A stretch of 64,000 nt of DNA from an uncultured virus (IMG/VR IMGVR_UViG_3300042197_002672) (IMGVR_UViG_3300042197_002672), one strand, 5' to 3'; counted from the first letter of the stretch, positions 8,942-19,524 are shown. Notes: generated by a model not told the origin, from the letters alone. A program made the numbers and translations.

Positions 8942-10576
8942 ATGTCTAGTATTTCTAAGATTCTTGAATCTGTATCTGTAAGATGGGACGTTCCTTCTTA
9001 TAACGAAGAAAAGAATGAATTCAAAAGATACAAATTATCATCTGATGATATAGATGAAATTAAAGATCAGTTTAAGCAGTCAAACATGACAGAGCTTTCT
9101 GATTATGTATGGAGCAATCTTAGAAATACTGAGTCTTGGAAAACAGATAACTTTAAAAAAGTTGTTGAGGTTGCTAAAAAGCATAATAAGGACTACAGAA
9201 CTCTTGTTAGAGCTATGCTTGATGAAAAATATATTAAAGCTCCTATTGTATTAAAGCATGGCAATGGAAATTACGAATTAGTTGCTGGCAATACCAGATT
9301 AATGCTTTGTAGGGCATTTAGCATAAGACCAAAAGTATTGATGGTTTCATTAAAAAAGAAAATAAACGAATCTATACTTTTTGAGTCTTTTAAACCAAGC
9401 TGGTTGGGTAAGTATTATACTGTTCCAGAATTATCAGAATACTTCAATAGACGCGCTACTGTAGATGATATATTATATTATTGGAAAAACTTTGGATACA
9501 AACTACAAGACACGTCTAAATTTCATACTAAATTACCTCTATCTAAACTAGATGACATTAAAGAATGGGATAGGGAAACTTGCCCAAGAAATACAGAAGA
9601 AGAAAATGCAGAACTAGAAGATAGTATAAGAGTTCATGGATATAAATCAGAAAATCCAATGATGGTAATATTAGATAAATATGAAGGAAATCCTCCTAAA
9701 GTTGGAGAAGGTTGTCACAGAATAATGGTTCTAAAGAGATTGGGTTACTCTCCAGACACTCTTATACCAGTTGTATTTAGGTTTGTAGACAACACTCCAG
9801 AAGAAATACAAGACGAACCAGAATATGAAGAATTAATTGAAAAAAAATCTAAAACTAGTAAACTTTTAAACAAAAAAACACCAACAGTTGCTCAGTTAGC
9901 AAACAAGTATGGTGCTTCAAAAGACGAAGTTCAGAAAAAACTTGACAAAGGAATAAAGATAGAAATGGAGCACACTAAGATAAAATCTGTTGCAAGTGAA
10001 ATTGCAAGAGATCATCTAGGAGAAGATCTTTTCTATTATGAAAAACTTAAAAAAATTGAAGAAAGATATAACAATCTTCTTAAGAATTTTATATCAAAAC
10101 AAAAAAAACAAATAACAGAAGTTAATTGGAAAGGTTTAGCAACTGGTGCTGCTATAGGTTTAGCATCTTTAGGTGGTGGAAAATCTCATGCTGCTCCAGA
10201 AAAACCTCAAAAGCCTGCTATTGTTCAAACCCAAAAAGAAGATTCAAAAAAAGATATGTTTGAAGCGGCCATAGCCTTTTTAGAAGAATTCAAAAGTGGT
10301 AAAATGAAAACTTTAAACACAGATATAGCTGGTCGCATAGACATAGAGGAAGCTGTTAAGCTTACACAAGCTAAGTTTAGAGGTTACAACGTTCAACTAA
10401 ATGATCGTGTTGTAGATTTTTACAAAAGATCTCTTACTCTCGTATCCGAGATAAAAAAGACAGACTCAGAATTATACAAAGAATTAATTGATATCGGAAA
10501 AAGTATACAAATAAGATATTCCGAAAATAGTGATGGTGATTTTTCAGTTATTGTGAAATCTACTAGAAAACTATAA
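8942..10576 (+). CDS. Multidomain protein: two ParB/Srx-like domains, a DUF5661-like domain and a hydrophobic-leader module
   Basis: PIVL..NYELVAGNTR and LEDSIRVHGY..VGEGCHR (ParB-like); KGIKIEMEHT..IARDHLGEDLFYY; WKGLATGAAIGLASLGGG. Confidence 0.7.
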   Translation: MSSISKILESVSVRWDVPSYNEEKNEFKRYKLSSDDIDEIKDQFKQSNMTELSDYVWSNLRNTESWKTDNFKKVVEVAKKHNKDYRTLVRAMLDEKYIKAPIVLKHGNGNYELVAGNTRLMLCRAFSIRPKVLMVSLKKKINESILFESFKPSWLGKYYTVPELSEYFNRRATVDDILYYWKNFGYKLQDTSKFHTKLPLSKLDDIKEWDRETCPRNTEEENAELEDSIRVHGYKSENPMMVILDKYEGNPPKVGEGCHRIMVLKRLGYSPDTLIPVVFRFVDNTPEEIQDEPEYEELIEKKSKTSKLLNKKTPTVAQLANKYGASKDEVQKKLDKGIKIEMEHTKIKSVASEIARDHLGEDLFYYEKLKKIEERYNNLLKNFISKQKKQITEVNWKGLATGAAIGLASLGGGKSHAAPEKPQKPAIVQTQKEDSKKDMFEAAIAFLEEFKSGKMKTLNTDIAGRIDIEEAVKLTQAKFRGYNVQLNDRVVDFYKRSLTLVSEIKKTDSELYKELIDIGKSIQIRYSENSDGDFSVIVKSTRKL

Positions 10577-10584
10577 ATCTAAAT

Positions 10585-11019
10585 TTATTTTGTTTTAAAA
10601 GCAATAAATTTATTCATTTCTTCAAAGTAATGATATGCTAAATTGTCTTTCTCTTTAATCCATTCTAATAAATATATTTTACTGTTTTTAGACTTATCAA
10701 TAGAAATAAGTCCTACACCATCTCTACAAGACATGCACTTGCACGATTTCGACATTCCTATGTGAATATAGTAATCATAATGATTTTTAATCATATGATC
10801 ATAATGTTCGTCTAATGTTTTTGGAGAATCTGGATATATTTGATCTGCAAAATTATAATATATCCAATCCCAGCAATGCTGTCCTAGATCAGAATGTTTG
10901 TTATTTATGTAGCAATCTATAAAATCTTCTTCGAAATCCTCTTCCACCATTACCTCACTTATCCCATCGGAACATTGTTCTGTATTCATTTCGGTGATGA
11001 TGGCATAGGTACAGTCCAC
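10585..11019 (-). CDS. Hypothetical protein (true start may be near 10950)
   Basis: 144-aa ORF with CxCxxC; GAGG just upstream of ATG at 10950. Confidence 0.55.
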   Translation of the reverse strand: MDCTYAIITEMNTEQCSDGISEVMVEEDFEEDFIDCYINNKHSDLGQHCWDWIYYNFADQIYPDSPKTLDEHYDHMIKNHYDYYIHIGMSKSCKCMSCRDGVGLISIDKSKNSKIYLLEWIKEKDNLAYHYFEEMNKFIAFKTK

Positions 11020-11149
11020 TATCTGTGTGCTCTTTTACGTCATCATCACTTCCACATGTATAGACTGTACCATCTTCATCTGGAAGATATTCATGTTGGC
11101 ACTTTGTATCAACTAATGTTAACATATTATAGCCATTGAAAATACTCAT
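10955..11149 (-). CDS. Small Cys/His-rich (zinc-ribbon-like) protein
   Basis: GAGG SD before ATG 11149; KC..TCG..LCHHH. Confidence 0.5.
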   Translation of the reverse strand: MSIFNGYNMLTLVDTKCQHEYLPDEDGTVYTCGSDDDVKEHTDSGLYLCHHHRNEYRTMFRWDK

Positions 11150-11220
11150 GATAACCTCTTGAATAAAATGAATGACTGATACCATTATTAGCGATACCAG
11201 CCATTCATACTTTAACAATA

Positions 11221-14061
11221 TTAGATTAATTCACACATACCAGATACGCAAGCATATTCTTGAGCGCCCTTTGTGGAATCTCCTGATTCTGTAAACTGTT
11301 CCCAATTTATATCAGGAAAATCTGCTGCAAGTTTTTCACACTCTTCTTTAGAGATTGGCTGATATGGTGCTTGCCTATAAACATGATCAGAGTATGGAAG
11401 GAATGATACACCACCAACCTCATCAAAATGTTTATAAACCCATGCTCCAACTTCCATCCATTCGTGTTCTCTTACATAAACTGTAATGGAGATATTATGC
11501 TCTGTCCACTTTCTCTGATAGCTAAGATAAAGCTCTAGCTGCTGTATCGCACTTAGCTCTGGTGCCGTAATAGCAGAATCTGGAGACTTCATTGGAAAGC
11601 TAAATACATAAGTGCTGTTTGGCTTTGTTACATCATCTTCACATGGAACACCTTGTACCATTAGGAATAACGCTAATGGATCATTCTTGTCTGCTCTTAC
11701 TGTTCGCACATAATGCTTTGAGTATCTTGGATGAATACCAGAAGATGAATTAACCAGTTGGGATACTGTTCCACTTGGTTTAACACAAGTGATAGATACA
11801 GATTGCGATATTCCAAGCTTTTCTGCCCACTCTTTATTTGTAGCGATAGCACAATCTTTTAACTCTGATAGCCACTGCTCAAGAACTTCTTTGCCTTGTT
11901 TTCCTGACATTACAGGATGATCCATTACACCAGTAAGAGATACTCCTAGAAGCCTTTCTTCTTCTGCGTTCTTTTTCCATATATTTCTCAAGTATCTGAA
12001 ATCAGTAAGAGTTGACTGGAATGTACCAAGTATTGTAGAGATTTCTACTTTCTTCCTTAGCGATTCAAGTGTGTCGTTTTCTCTGATCACGACCTCTGAA
12101 AGATTACAGAAACCAAATGGTCTGAGGACAATTTCGCTACATGGGTTGGTTCCAAAATCAAAATTAGGATCTCTTCTTCCTGTTTCAACCGCTTTCTTCT
12201 TTGCAGCCTGCCTATTTACAATCCCTCTTTCGCCTGATTTAGAATTGTAAAGAGAAAGCCATTCTTTCATGAAGATACCAATCTCAGGCTTTTCGGTGTA
12301 TACAGCAGAATTATTTGCTAATGCTCGTTGTGCATTTGTTTCCCACCACTGTCCAGTCTTTGCGTCCCTCATTCTTTCATCGGAAAGATTACTGAGAGAG
12401 ATAAGAGCAGACCTTCTTACTCCACCAACAACAACACATTCTGCAATCTTACAAACAATATCATGACATTCAATTGATGTGAGTTTCCTACCAACTGCTC
12501 TCTTAAATACTGATACAATAAAAGTATAAACATCATTTAGTGGAGCTGGACCGCTTGATCTGCCTCCAAATACCTTTAATCTAGCTCCTGCTGGTCGGAG
12601 ACCTGATAAATCCCATTTAGGAACCTTTCCTGCGTAAAGAAGAGATACAAGTTCCCTTAGACCTGTACACCAACCAATCTTTGAATCTTTTACTTTGATA
12701 ACAGTATCTGATTCAAATAGTTCATCTGGAATTTGTGGCAACTTTGATACTTCCTGTCTTTCGACAGAAAATCCTACACCTGTGCCGCACATAAGTACAT
12801 ACATAGCTTCGTCAAAACATCTTGGATCGTTAATGGGCAAATAGCTGCAATTTCCTGTTACTAAACCTCCTTCGATAACAAACGTATTTGTGTCTGGGAC
12901 TTCTGCACAGAAAACTTCTTCAAAAAGTTCTGTTTCTTCAACATCTGATACAGAAAAATGAGACTCAAGCTCTTCAAAGTGTTTTCTTTTCCAAGAACAC
13001 AGAAAATCATCTGCAACACAAGAAGATCTGCTTATGTATACAACATAACTTCCTTGCCTTCTTTTTCCGTAATTTGTTTCAGATGGTTGTTTGCAAATTC
13101 TTTGAACGACGAAACCTAATTTTTCACAATTATTTTTTAACCACTCCAATCCTGGATCTGATGTACATAAAGAAACTTGAGACGTTTTTGTTATAGAACC
13201 ATCTGCGGCTAACCACCCTCTAATAAACCCAAGCAAATACGATTCTGTTTCATCATTTGGAGGCAGTTCTTTAAGAGAATGAGTTGCAGCAAATCCATCA
13301 TACATCATAACCACCGGATCTCCATTTGCACTAGGAGGATAGCATATTGGGTAATCTGGAAAATATCTTAATAACTCTCTAGAATCTCCACAAAGTCTTA
13401 CGTGATAACCTTTTACTCTTTCGCATATCTTAGTTGCAGTGCCATCTCCGTATACTATACCATGCTTAATTCCAAGATCATAATCTTTATCTATTTGTGG
13501 TTTTGGAGCAAAAGAAAATGGAATTTTATCACCTTTTTTTAGAGATTTAGTAGATAAAACACTTCTATCATTCAATACCCATCTATGATTTTCTGTACAT
13601 TGAACAGTTTTTTCAGTATTTGAATTTAATTTTAATTTAACATTAAATAATTTTTGCTTACCATAAGATCTAAATGTCGCAGGAGTCCATCTCCCATCAA
13701 TATTTAATACTGTTGCCGATTTATTCTCTAAGTTTTTAATCGCAATATTTCCATATTCTTTTGTTACAATCCTTGTATCTCCTGATACTGGGTTGTACCC
13801 CGATACCTGATCACGTTCCAATGCCTTTCCTGCTGTCATTAATGAACGCATAGAAGGCATTTCTTCCATATTTAAAACTCCATTCTTTATGGTTTCATAT
13901 GGAAATACATCTGGGTATCGTTTCTGCCAAAAATCACAAAGTCTTGTTACTGTTTCTTCCCATGTTTCTCGCCTATCAAGACCATCCTGATATCTTGCGT
14001 ATCTAGACATTGCTATATACTTTGAATAGTCAGATTCAATCTTCTTAGTTTTATCATTCAT
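11221..14061 (-). CDS. nrdJ: Class II (B12-dependent, RTPR-type) ribonucleotide reductase containing an intein
   Basis: RETWEET, VVGGVRRSA, GTNPCSEI, FCNLSEV, VKPSGT, C-terminal ACVSGMC; 632-aa extein. Confidence 0.93.
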   Translation of the reverse strand: MNDKTKKIESDYSKYIAMSRYARYQDGLDRRETWEETVTRLCDFWQKRYPDVFPYETIKNGVLNMEEMPSMRSLMTAGKALERDQVSGYNPVSGDTRIVTKEYGNIAIKNLENKSATVLNIDGRWTPATFRSYGKQKLFNVKLKLNSNTEKTVQCTENHRWVLNDRSVLSTKSLKKGDKIPFSFAPKPQIDKDYDLGIKHGIVYGDGTATKICERVKGYHVRLCGDSRELLRYFPDYPICYPPSANGDPVVMMYDGFAATHSLKELPPNDETESYLLGFIRGWLAADGSITKTSQVSLCTSDPGLEWLKNNCEKLGFVVQRICKQPSETNYGKRRQGSYVVYISRSSCVADDFLCSWKRKHFEELESHFSVSDVEETELFEEVFCAEVPDTNTFVIEGGLVTGNCSYLPINDPRCFDEAMYVLMCGTGVGFSVERQEVSKLPQIPDELFESDTVIKVKDSKIGWCTGLRELVSLLYAGKVPKWDLSGLRPAGARLKVFGGRSSGPAPLNDVYTFIVSVFKRAVGRKLTSIECHDIVCKIAECVVVGGVRRSALISLSNLSDERMRDAKTGQWWETNAQRALANNSAVYTEKPEIGIFMKEWLSLYNSKSGERGIVNRQAAKKKAVETGRRDPNFDFGTNPCSEIVLRPFGFCNLSEVVIRENDTLESLRKKVEISTILGTFQSTLTDFRYLRNIWKKNAEEERLLGVSLTGVMDHPVMSGKQGKEVLEQWLSELKDCAIATNKEWAEKLGISQSVSITCVKPSGTVSQLVNSSSGIHPRYSKHYVRTVRADKNDPLALFLMVQGVPCEDDVTKPNSTYVFSFPMKSPDSAITAPELSAIQQLELYLSYQRKWTEHNISITVYVREHEWMEVGAWVYKHFDEVGGVSFLPYSDHVYRQAPYQPISKEECEKLAADFPDINWEQFTESGDSTKGAQEYACVSGMCELI
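12850..13791 (-). mobile_element. Class 3 intein (314 aa) with LAGLIDADG homing endonuclease
   Basis: Splits GYN|CSY; begins PVSGDT; block B CTENHRW; GIVYGDG and GWLAADG; block F VFCAEV; ends LVTGN. Confidence 0.9.
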
Positions 14062-14075
14062 ATTGTTTTTCCTTA

Positions 14076-15425
14076 TTAATAATCATTTTTCTTGCTGCTA
14101 CTTCTCTTTTGTTTTTCAATAAATCTTTGAAGTTCTTCTTTTGGATCAATTTCTTTCTTGATATCCGAGAAACCTTCTGAATATCCGGTTCTGATATCGA
14201 TCGTCATTACATCGCCGTTCTTTGTAAATGGGAAAGTTAAGTCTGATTTCCCGATACGGTTTTTGGCGGAAAAGGCATTACCAGCCTGAGATAGTGTAAG
14301 TACAAAGTGTATTGGTCCATATTTCTTGTAAGCCCCTTGAACATGTTTCATTGTGACAACATCTTCGTCAATTGCATCTCTATTTCCCTGTGCTGCTGTC
14401 ATCACAGGAATATTCAATCTTTGAGCAAAGGATACTGTATCATACATCACCTTTACTTCACCGTCAAGTCCTGTTCCACCATCAGATGGTAGCATTAATT
14501 CTGCATAATCAATTACAACTGCATCAACTTTAATACCTTTTGCCCTTAACCTATTAAGATGATTTTCTACTGTCCTAATAGTATGAGTATGCATTGGATA
14601 GGACTTGATAATTAGTTTCCCTTTTATCTTTTTTGACATCTCCCTAATTTCATCTTTATGATTGTGTAATTTTTCCATAGGAATTTTTGTCAAATAGGCA
14701 TCCATACGCTGTCCGATATCAAAATCAGGATTTTCGAATGTATAATAAACAATGTTATAACCTAATTTTGCTGCGTTTGCTGCGAAATTTACAAGTGTAA
14801 TAGATTTTCCTACACCTGTTCCTGCTAAGACGACATGAACTTCTGACTGTCCAATCCCACCCTTTGTTATGCTATTCATGCATTCCCATGGATATGGAAT
14901 TGAAACTCTAGCTGTTGGAGAGTACCGATCTTCAATGTCATCCATGAAATCATGGCCAACATCATTATCTAATCCAAGCTTAAAACTTTCATCTATCTTT
15001 GAATGTGCAGAATTAAAATCATCATTTTCTAAATCTTTAATAGACTCAAGCATTGCCTCTTTAATTTTCTGCTTCTTACAGAATTCAATAGATTTCTGCT
15101 TAATAAATTCAGAATCTCTAATCTCTTCTGACTTAGAAAGCTCTGACAAGAAAGCTTTTATTGTTGTGCTTACATGAATATTTTCAATACTTGTCTTTGT
15201 ATTAATTAAAGTTTCTAACGTAGAAATTGTTGGATGTGTTTTGTATTCGTTTTTATATTTAGATAGAATCTTCCAAAAAACCCTAAACTGTTCTGTTTCA
15301 AAATACGAATAATCAAGGACTTCCATCATCTGGTCACAAAATTGCTTTTCCAGAACAAGAATCTTTAACAGATTCTCCTGAAAAGAAAGTCCATATTTTG
15401 AAAATGTCTGCTTCTCTGTTTTCAT
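14076..15425 (-). CDS. DnaB/gp41-like replicative helicase
   Basis: Walker A AGTGVGKS, YYTFE, VIDYAE, TAAQGNR, KNR. Confidence 0.9.
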   Translation of the reverse strand: MKTEKQTFSKYGLSFQENLLKILVLEKQFCDQMMEVLDYSYFETEQFRVFWKILSKYKNEYKTHPTISTLETLINTKTSIENIHVSTTIKAFLSELSKSEEIRDSEFIKQKSIEFCKKQKIKEAMLESIKDLENDDFNSAHSKIDESFKLGLDNDVGHDFMDDIEDRYSPTARVSIPYPWECMNSITKGGIGQSEVHVVLAGTGVGKSITLVNFAANAAKLGYNIVYYTFENPDFDIGQRMDAYLTKIPMEKLHNHKDEIREMSKKIKGKLIIKSYPMHTHTIRTVENHLNRLRAKGIKVDAVVIDYAELMLPSDGGTGLDGEVKVMYDTVSFAQRLNIPVMTAAQGNRDAIDEDVVTMKHVQGAYKKYGPIHFVLTLSQAGNAFSAKNRIGKSDLTFPFTKNGDVMTIDIRTGYSEGFSDIKKEIDPKEELQRFIEKQKRSSSKKNDY

Positions 15426-15442
15426 TTAATTTTCCTTTAGAC

Positions 15443-15466
15443 AAAAATAGCCTGACGTATCAGGCT
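15443..15466 (-). terminator. Intrinsic terminator-like hairpin
   Basis: Minus strand AGCCTGA-TACG-TCAGGCT followed by ATTTTT. Confidence 0.65.
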
Positions 15467-15486
15467 GAATAGATATATTTTTATCT

Positions 15487-16470
15487 TTATTTTTTCTTGT
15501 TGAAGTTCTGTATTTTAACAAAATGATCAATTAAATTCATAAACTCTGAATAGTATAATCCATCTTTCATCATTTGAAAATTTAAATTAGTTACATTAAA
15601 ATCATATTCTTTTGAGTCTATTATTGACTCAACTTGCATCGCCGTTTTAGCATCTATCATTGGTGAGTAAAGTTGCATTACAGAGTAATTCTTCTCTACT
15701 AAAGCTCTTTCTTGAGACATACTTATAAGTGTTTTGGCAAGCTTTTTTTCTTTTAGCTTTTCTTCAAGAAGACTATAAAAATCATCAATGAGTAAATTCT
15801 CTTGCTTACCAAACTGCGGAAAATATTTAAGAACCGTCTTCATCCCGACAAGAGGTACTCCAGGTAGATTGTCAGACTTGTCACCCTCTATAGCCCTTAT
15901 AAGTGCCATATTGCTAGGTAGTACTCCGTATTCACTAACAACATCTCTCTTGGCAAAGAATCTTTTTGAAGAAAATCTATAAAGCAATACATTCTCTTCA
16001 ACAAGCTGTAAATAATCCTTATCATTTGACATGATAATTTTTATATGATCATTTTTGTAATTTTTTACAAGATGAGATATTACATCGTCAGCTTCAACTC
16101 CAGCCTCACATACTTGTATAACAGGGCAATAATTTAATAATTCTATAAATCTAGCTTGTTGCCATCTCCTATTTTCAGCTTCTTTTTCTGGTGTTTCTGC
16201 TTGATGGTATCTGTTTAGATTTAAAGGTTTAGGTGCAGTTCTTCCTTCCTTGTATGATTCCACAAGTTTCTTTCTAGAAGAAGATGAACCTTTACCATCC
16301 CAAACAAAAATTATTTTGTGTGGCTTTACTTCGTTACAAACTTTTTGTAATGATTTAAATGACGCTGTTATACCTCCAATATGCATATTATCTTGATTGA
16401 CCGTTGGGTCAGCACAATAACATGCGAAAAATAAATTATTTGCGTCTATTAATACAGTTTTCTCTTTCAT
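15487..16470 (-). CDS. 5'-3' exonuclease / flap endonuclease (T4 RNase H-like)
   Basis: LIDANN, VWDG, YKEGR, EADD, SNDKD, GDKSDNLPGV. Confidence 0.92.
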   Translation of the reverse strand: MKEKTVLIDANNLFFACYCADPTVNQDNMHIGGITASFKSLQKVCNEVKPHKIIFVWDGKGSSSSRKKLVESYKEGRTAPKPLNLNRYHQAETPEKEAENRRWQQARFIELLNYCPVIQVCEAGVEADDVISHLVKNYKNDHIKIIMSNDKDYLQLVEENVLLYRFSSKRFFAKRDVVSEYGVLPSNMALIRAIEGDKSDNLPGVPLVGMKTVLKYFPQFGKQENLLIDDFYSLLEEKLKEKKLAKTLISMSQERALVEKNYSVMQLYSPMIDAKTAMQVESIIDSKEYDFNVTNLNFQMMKDGLYYSEFMNLIDHFVKIQNFNKKK

Positions 16471-17570
16471 TAATCTTGAACCTCAAGAGAATCTCCAGTT
16501 TTACCTTCAGGATCTTCAAAATTGAAGAGATGATCGTCCATAACTTGGAGAACTCTCTTTCTAAATAGTGGTTCTTTTAACCTTTCTGCCCATTCATTTG
16601 CTCTAAATGTTATTTCTTTTCCGTCTTCCGTAGATAATTTATTCCATGCACCCTTCTTTAATTTATCGCATCCTTCTAGTGCATCAAACCAAAGTTCTTC
16701 ATCTGCAATTTTATTTTCAGAAGATCCCCAAACAAATGCGAGTTTACACTTTCTGCCTTCTGAACCATATCTTGATTTCTTGATCCTGACAGATACTTGA
16801 TGTCCAATCTTGATATCAGAGTCATTGAGAAGAGCATCTTCTTTTGAAGTTCCTACAAGCATCCATATTCTCAACATGTATGCGTGCTGCAAAGATCTTC
16901 CTCCAGGAGTCTTGAATGGTTCTTTTAGCAGAGTCCATTTATCAGCCCCAATATTATCTCGTACTTGATTAAGTACAACTAATGTTGACTGTCTCTCTAG
17001 GAGAGGAACAAGAAGCTTTTTCATTGCTAGATTTGCTACTCTTGGAGCAGAAGCCATTTGTGATGATGGGTTATAATCACCAACCATTTCAGATTCAGAA
17101 GGTGTTGCAGCATAACTATCCCAGATAAACAGATATCTGTTTTGAGTGTTGGTTAGCAGATTATCAATTGTATCAAACATTTTTTCCATAGAAGGTACAA
17201 CGATATGAATAATCTTAGAAAGATCAATTCCGCATTTATGAACGAAGTCTTTCTCTACACCACCCTCAGAATCAAAATACACAACAGTAAGTCCCATATT
17301 AATAGCATTTTTTGCTATCATAAGAGCCAAGAATGATTTGCCACCACCCTGTTGAGAAGCAAGCTCTGTGATATGTCCACCCGGAATACCTGCAATCTTT
17401 CCTTTGCAAATAATAGAATCTAGCCATCTTGATCCTGTTGGAATCCAATATGGAGTTTCAAGCATTTTTGAATCTTTAAATGAAGCAGCAACATTTCTTC
17501 CTGCTTTTTTATTTATTAGATTCTTAATATCATCTGTATCTAATTGTTTAATTTCATCTCTTACTGACAT
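16470..17570 (-). CDS. recA: RecA/UvsX-like recombinase
   Basis: IPTGS, GGGKS Walker A, FDSE, IWDS, LNQVR, TPGG. Confidence 0.9.
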   Translation of the reverse strand: MSVRDEIKQLDTDDIKNLINKKAGRNVAASFKDSKMLETPYWIPTGSRWLDSIICKGKIAGIPGGHITELASQQGGGKSFLALMIAKNAINMGLTVVYFDSEGGVEKDFVHKCGIDLSKIIHIVVPSMEKMFDTIDNLLTNTQNRYLFIWDSYAATPSESEMVGDYNPSSQMASAPRVANLAMKKLLVPLLERQSTLVVLNQVRDNIGADKWTLLKEPFKTPGGRSLQHAYMLRIWMLVGTSKEDALLNDSDIKIGHQVSVRIKKSRYGSEGRKCKLAFVWGSSENKIADEELWFDALEGCDKLKKGAWNKLSTEDGKEITFRANEWAERLKEPLFRKRVLQVMDDHLFNFEDPEGKTGDSLEVQD

Positions 17571-17597
17571 TTAAACCACCTTATTGAAGATTATTAT

Positions 17598-17637
17598 AAA
17601 AAAACAGCGAGGATGATGTTGTTACAACCATCCCCGC
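17598..17637 (-). terminator. Intrinsic terminator after SSB gene
   Basis: Minus strand GCGGGGATG...CATCCTCGC stem followed by TGTTTTTTT. Confidence 0.65.
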
Positions 17638-17656
17638 CTCACACTATAAGCACGAA

Positions 17657-18595
17657 TCAGTCTGAACTAAATCCGAATTTAGATACAGCTGCTGAAAATT
17701 TAGATGCCTTACTTTCCTTGAAGTCATCCTGCTGTTCTGTTTCCTTCGCAGCAGCACCTTCAAACTTGGTTGTCTCAGACTCTACGTTCTTCATCTTTGA
17801 AAGATGATTTTCAAGAAGAGATATAATATCTGAAATTGATAATGTATCAAATCTTTCATGCATTCTTGGAGAAGAATCCATCATCTTTGTATATGTTGAA
17901 ATAAACAAATCTTCTTTTGCTACAGGAACAAGTTCTTTACTAAAGACGGGGCTTGGATTTCGCCTTACAGTAAAGGAGATCGTTGACTGCATAGACTTAT
18001 CGCCTTCTTTCTTCTTGTCCTTTGTCAGTCGGAAATCAAATCCTTCTAGGAGGTTAGTGATGTCGCCATATTCAGGATCGAAAATCACCTTATTGATATC
18101 TTCAATAGCTGATGCTGATAGATCAAATAGTCTTACTGTTGGATTTCCAAGCTGCTTGAATTCAACTTCTTCTAGATTTGACTTTTCACCCTTCAAATCT
18201 TCGAACTGCCTTACAAGAAGCTTTACTACGAATCTTTGTGTTGGAAGGAATGGGGCATAGCTTCGATCCTTCTTGTCTTTTTCTAGCTTAGAGTTCTTTT
18301 CCTTAAGCTGTCCAAAAAGATTCCACCCATGCTCACAAAGAGGGCACTTCTGTCCGAATGATTTTGGACAGATAAATGCTTTCTTCTCGAAGAAATGGAC
18401 ATCGAACTTTCGAAACCACATGTCCTTCTTTAGATCAGCATCTTCATCAGATGTGAGAAATCTTACAAAGTAAGAGCCAATATCTGGTAGCCATCGTGAA
18501 GGGAGTAGCTCCTTCTTGTTATCTGTTTCTGTTTCTTTATTTTTTAGTTGATTTAAGTTTAGTTTTGTTTTGTTTAAGAGATCTTGTAGATTCAT
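17657..18595 (-). CDS. gp32-like single-stranded DNA-binding protein
   Basis: VRFL, HFF, CPKSFGQKCPLCE zinc site, YGDIT..EGFDF, acidic C-terminus. Confidence 0.8.
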   Translation of the reverse strand: MNLQDLLNKTKLNLNQLKNKETETDNKKELLPSRWLPDIGSYFVRFLTSDEDADLKKDMWFRKFDVHFFEKKAFICPKSFGQKCPLCEHGWNLFGQLKEKNSKLEKDKKDRSYAPFLPTQRFVVKLLVRQFEDLKGEKSNLEEVEFKQLGNPTVRLFDLSASAIEDINKVIFDPEYGDITNLLEGFDFRLTKDKKKEGDKSMQSTISFTVRRNPSPVFSKELVPVAKEDLFISTYTKMMDSSPRMHERFDTLSISDIISLLENHLSKMKNVESETTKFEGAAAKETEQQDDFKESKASKFSAAVSKFGFSSD

Positions 18596-18723
18596 TTGTT
18601 TACCACCTTTTTTTAATTTACCAGTTTAGTAGAATAAACATAAGAAATAACACATCTACCATTTAGCTATTTCAAATAAACAAAAAATGTATTCATCTAT
18701 ATCAACGTATACAAGTTTTGATT

Positions 18724-19524
18724 TCAACCTACCATCTTTACTAGATTAGTAGAATTTATACAATAATGATTTGATTTTACAGCATCACCTATATTATATA
18801 TAGCAAAACTGCTGTTCAAATCTTCTGTGTTGCACATTGACTTGATTAGATTAAGCGCAGACGAGTTGCTGTCAAGCTCATTTTCGGACATCAAAAAATA
18901 AAACTTCTTTTCAGCAAGTGGCGTCATATCTAATTCAAAAAAATCTACTTTTAAAGCGCTTTCTAAGAACACATAAGAAATAGTTCTTATTCTATTTATA
19001 TCAGAGTGTTCTGTATTTTTACCATAAATAGGCTCAGAATTTAAAAATGTCCAATTTATAAAATTACAAATATCATTTTTAACTATATTTTCATAACTTT
19101 TGTATTTCAAAATTGGTATATTTTCATATATTTTGTTTATTGTGTTTAAATTTATTAAATATACGCTTTCGATTAAGCCAGACCTGGCATATTCTTGAAT
19201 AACATTACCTGCTATTTTGTTATTTATCCTTTCATTAGGAGATAATCTTGATGATTCTTGTATAAAATACACAATATGGATTTTATTATTTTTTTGTGAT
19301 AAATTCTCACAAATATAAAGAATAGATCCACAAAGACTATCTCCACCAGATAAACATATTAGAACATTTTCATCTTTTATATCTAAATTTATATTAGATT
19401 CTACAAACCAATTCTCGCAATCTTCTAAATTCTTAAATTTAGGAGTTTGTATCTTTGAATCTTTTGAAGATGAAATTTTGTAACTATTTTCAATAGTTAT
19501 ATAATCAGAAATAACTAGAATCAT
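18724..19524 (-). CDS. Hypothetical protein, possibly a degenerate tubulin/FtsZ-fold protein
   Basis: ICLSGGDSLCG at a position resembling the tubulin signature loop; alpha/beta pattern. Confidence 0.4.
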   Translation of the reverse strand: MILVISDYITIENSYKISSSKDSKIQTPKFKNLEDCENWFVESNINLDIKDENVLICLSGGDSLCGSILYICENLSQKNNKIHIVYFIQESSRLSPNERINNKIAGNVIQEYARSGLIESVYLINLNTINKIYENIPILKYKSYENIVKNDICNFINWTFLNSEPIYGKNTEHSDINRIRTISYVFLESALKVDFFELDMTPLAEKKFYFLMSENELDSNSSALNLIKSMCNTEDLNSSFAIYNIGDAVKSNHYCINSTNLVKMVG

